From Leptotrichia sp. (lineage in GTDB: Bacteria; Fusobacteriota; Fusobacteriia; Fusobacteriales; Leptotrichiaceae): a stretch of DNA of 39,256 bases. The stretch is from the NCBI GenBank assembly GCA_041854625.1, contig JBHACQ010000126.1, positions 1 through 39,256 of the forward strand, read 5' to 3'. Positions 37,055-39,256 of the stretch are shown piece after piece. The position numbers and the translations under genes were made by a program. How positions within the stretch are numbered: position 1 is the stretch's first letter; each line of letters starts with the position of its first letter. The notes below the pieces were generated by a model that saw only the letters and a program-made list of their open reading frames with translations, had not been told where the DNA came from and did not search any database.

Positions 37055-37681
37055 ATGAAGAAGATAACGTTATTATTAGGAATTTTGATGCTGGCATTTT
37101 TTAGTATAGGGAATGCCGGGATGAAACTTACAAAAGAAGAGAAGAAATTTAAGAAGACAATGAAGAATTTTGAACTGGAAGCTGTAATAAGGACAAATAA
37201 AGGGGATATATCTGTATACTTATATCCGGAAGCTGCTCCTATAAATGTAGCAAATTTCGTATTTCTAGCAAAAAATAATTTTTATAACGGGCTCACTTTT
37301 CATAGAGTTATACCTAATGCACTTGTCCAGGGTGGAGATCCTTTAGGAAATGGTACAGGTGGCACAGGATACATGGTGAATGATGAAATATCAGACTGGT
37401 TAAGTTTTGAAAATGAGGGAATACTGGCTTTTGCAAATAGTGGACCAAATACAAACAGCAGCCAGATATTTATAACAATGTCACCTTTATCTCAGCTGAC
37501 AGGAAAACATACTATAATAGGAGAAACTAAATCTAGACAGGATTTAAGTGTACTTAAAGTATTAAGACAGGATGATAAGATTCTAAGTATAGAAATTAAA
37601 GGGAAAAAAGTGGATAATTTCTTAAGCCATTTTCCTGTGGAAGTTAGTCAGTGGGAAGCTGTACTTAAATCAGGTCAGTAG
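37055..37681 (+). CDS. secreted cyclophilin-type peptidyl-prolyl isomerase
   Basis: Signal peptide; FYNGLTFHRVIP, QGGDPLGNGTGG, ANSGPNTNSSQ. Confidence 0.93.
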   Translation: MKKITLLLGILMLAFFSIGNAGMKLTKEEKKFKKTMKNFELEAVIRTNKGDISVYLYPEAAPINVANFVFLAKNNFYNGLTFHRVIPNALVQGGDPLGNGTGGTGYMVNDEISDWLSFENEGILAFANSGPNTNSSQIFITMSPLSQLTGKHTIIGETKSRQDLSVLKVLRQDDKILSIEIKGKKVDNFLSHFPVEVSQWEAVLKSGQ

Positions 37682-37734
37682 AAAGTCCTGAGAATATTTT
37701 ATAATAAGGATCTTTATAACAAGTCAATATGTTT

Positions 37735-37769
37735 GAGAATTCCATAGACAAAAAAGGAATTCTCTTTTT
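37735..37769 (+). terminator. intrinsic terminator
   Basis: GAGAATTCC / GGAATTCTC followed by TTTTT. Confidence 0.7.
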
Positions 37770-37867
37770 CAGTTTATGAAGAAAGTAAATATAAAGAAAA
37801 TTTTTATTTTCTATATAGCAGATATTTAAATAGCTGGACATGTATGTAAAAAAATTATATAAAAGAC

Positions 37868-37896
37868 TTGCAAAAAATTAGAAAATATATTATTAT
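37868..37896 (+). promoter_or_regulatory. groESL promoter
   Basis: TTGCAA-17 bp-TATTAT directly upstream of CIRCE. Confidence 0.7.
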
Positions 37897-37900
37897 ATAG

Positions 37901-37927
37901 TTAGCAGTCTGAGTTAGTGAGTGCTAA
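37901..37927 (+). promoter_or_regulatory. CIRCE element (HrcA operator)
   Basis: TTAGCAGTC-N9-GAGTGCTAA, one mismatch from TTAGCACTC-N9-GAGTGCTAA. Confidence 0.93.
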
Positions 37928-37959
37928 AAATGTCATAAATAAATTTAGGAGGACAGAAA

Positions 37960-39256
<1,297 letters not shown>

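Overview
AT-rich bacterial chromosomal window, almost entirely + strand coding. Gene content and protein style suggest Fusobacteriota (Leptotrichia-like); this is an inference. In order, it contains: a small membrane ORF; a stand-alone ABC-class ATPase with a small Cys-Cys ORF; a mixed aromatic-biosynthesis operon (pheA, pseudouridine synthase, aroE, hypotheticals, aroK, aroQ, HutP-like, HAD); glgC-glgA; GNAT, peptidase E-like and phnA-like genes; a U32/RlhA-like gene and an O-antigen-ligase-like gene; holA; a single-chain EcfA-EcfA'-EcfT fusion; a non-canonical rnfCDGEA-X-B operon; apbE with NusG-II (EetA-like) and Gx (EetB-like) genes; rpsT; a JAB-DinG helicase followed by pgpH-like, ybeY and dgkA/PAP2 genes; ppaC; a structured ~280-nt intergenic region; a cyclophilin; and CIRCE-groES-groEL, cut by the window end. 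The best candidate for an undescribed system is 19329-28626. There, an Rnf complex with a minimal one-cluster RnfB and an extra 60-aa TM/4-Cys ORF sits beside its flavinylation enzyme and a probable dedicated, fused, asymmetric ECF flavin-trafficking module. No tRNA, rRNA, CRISPR array or IS was recognised. All family assignments come from motif recognition by eye, not database searches.
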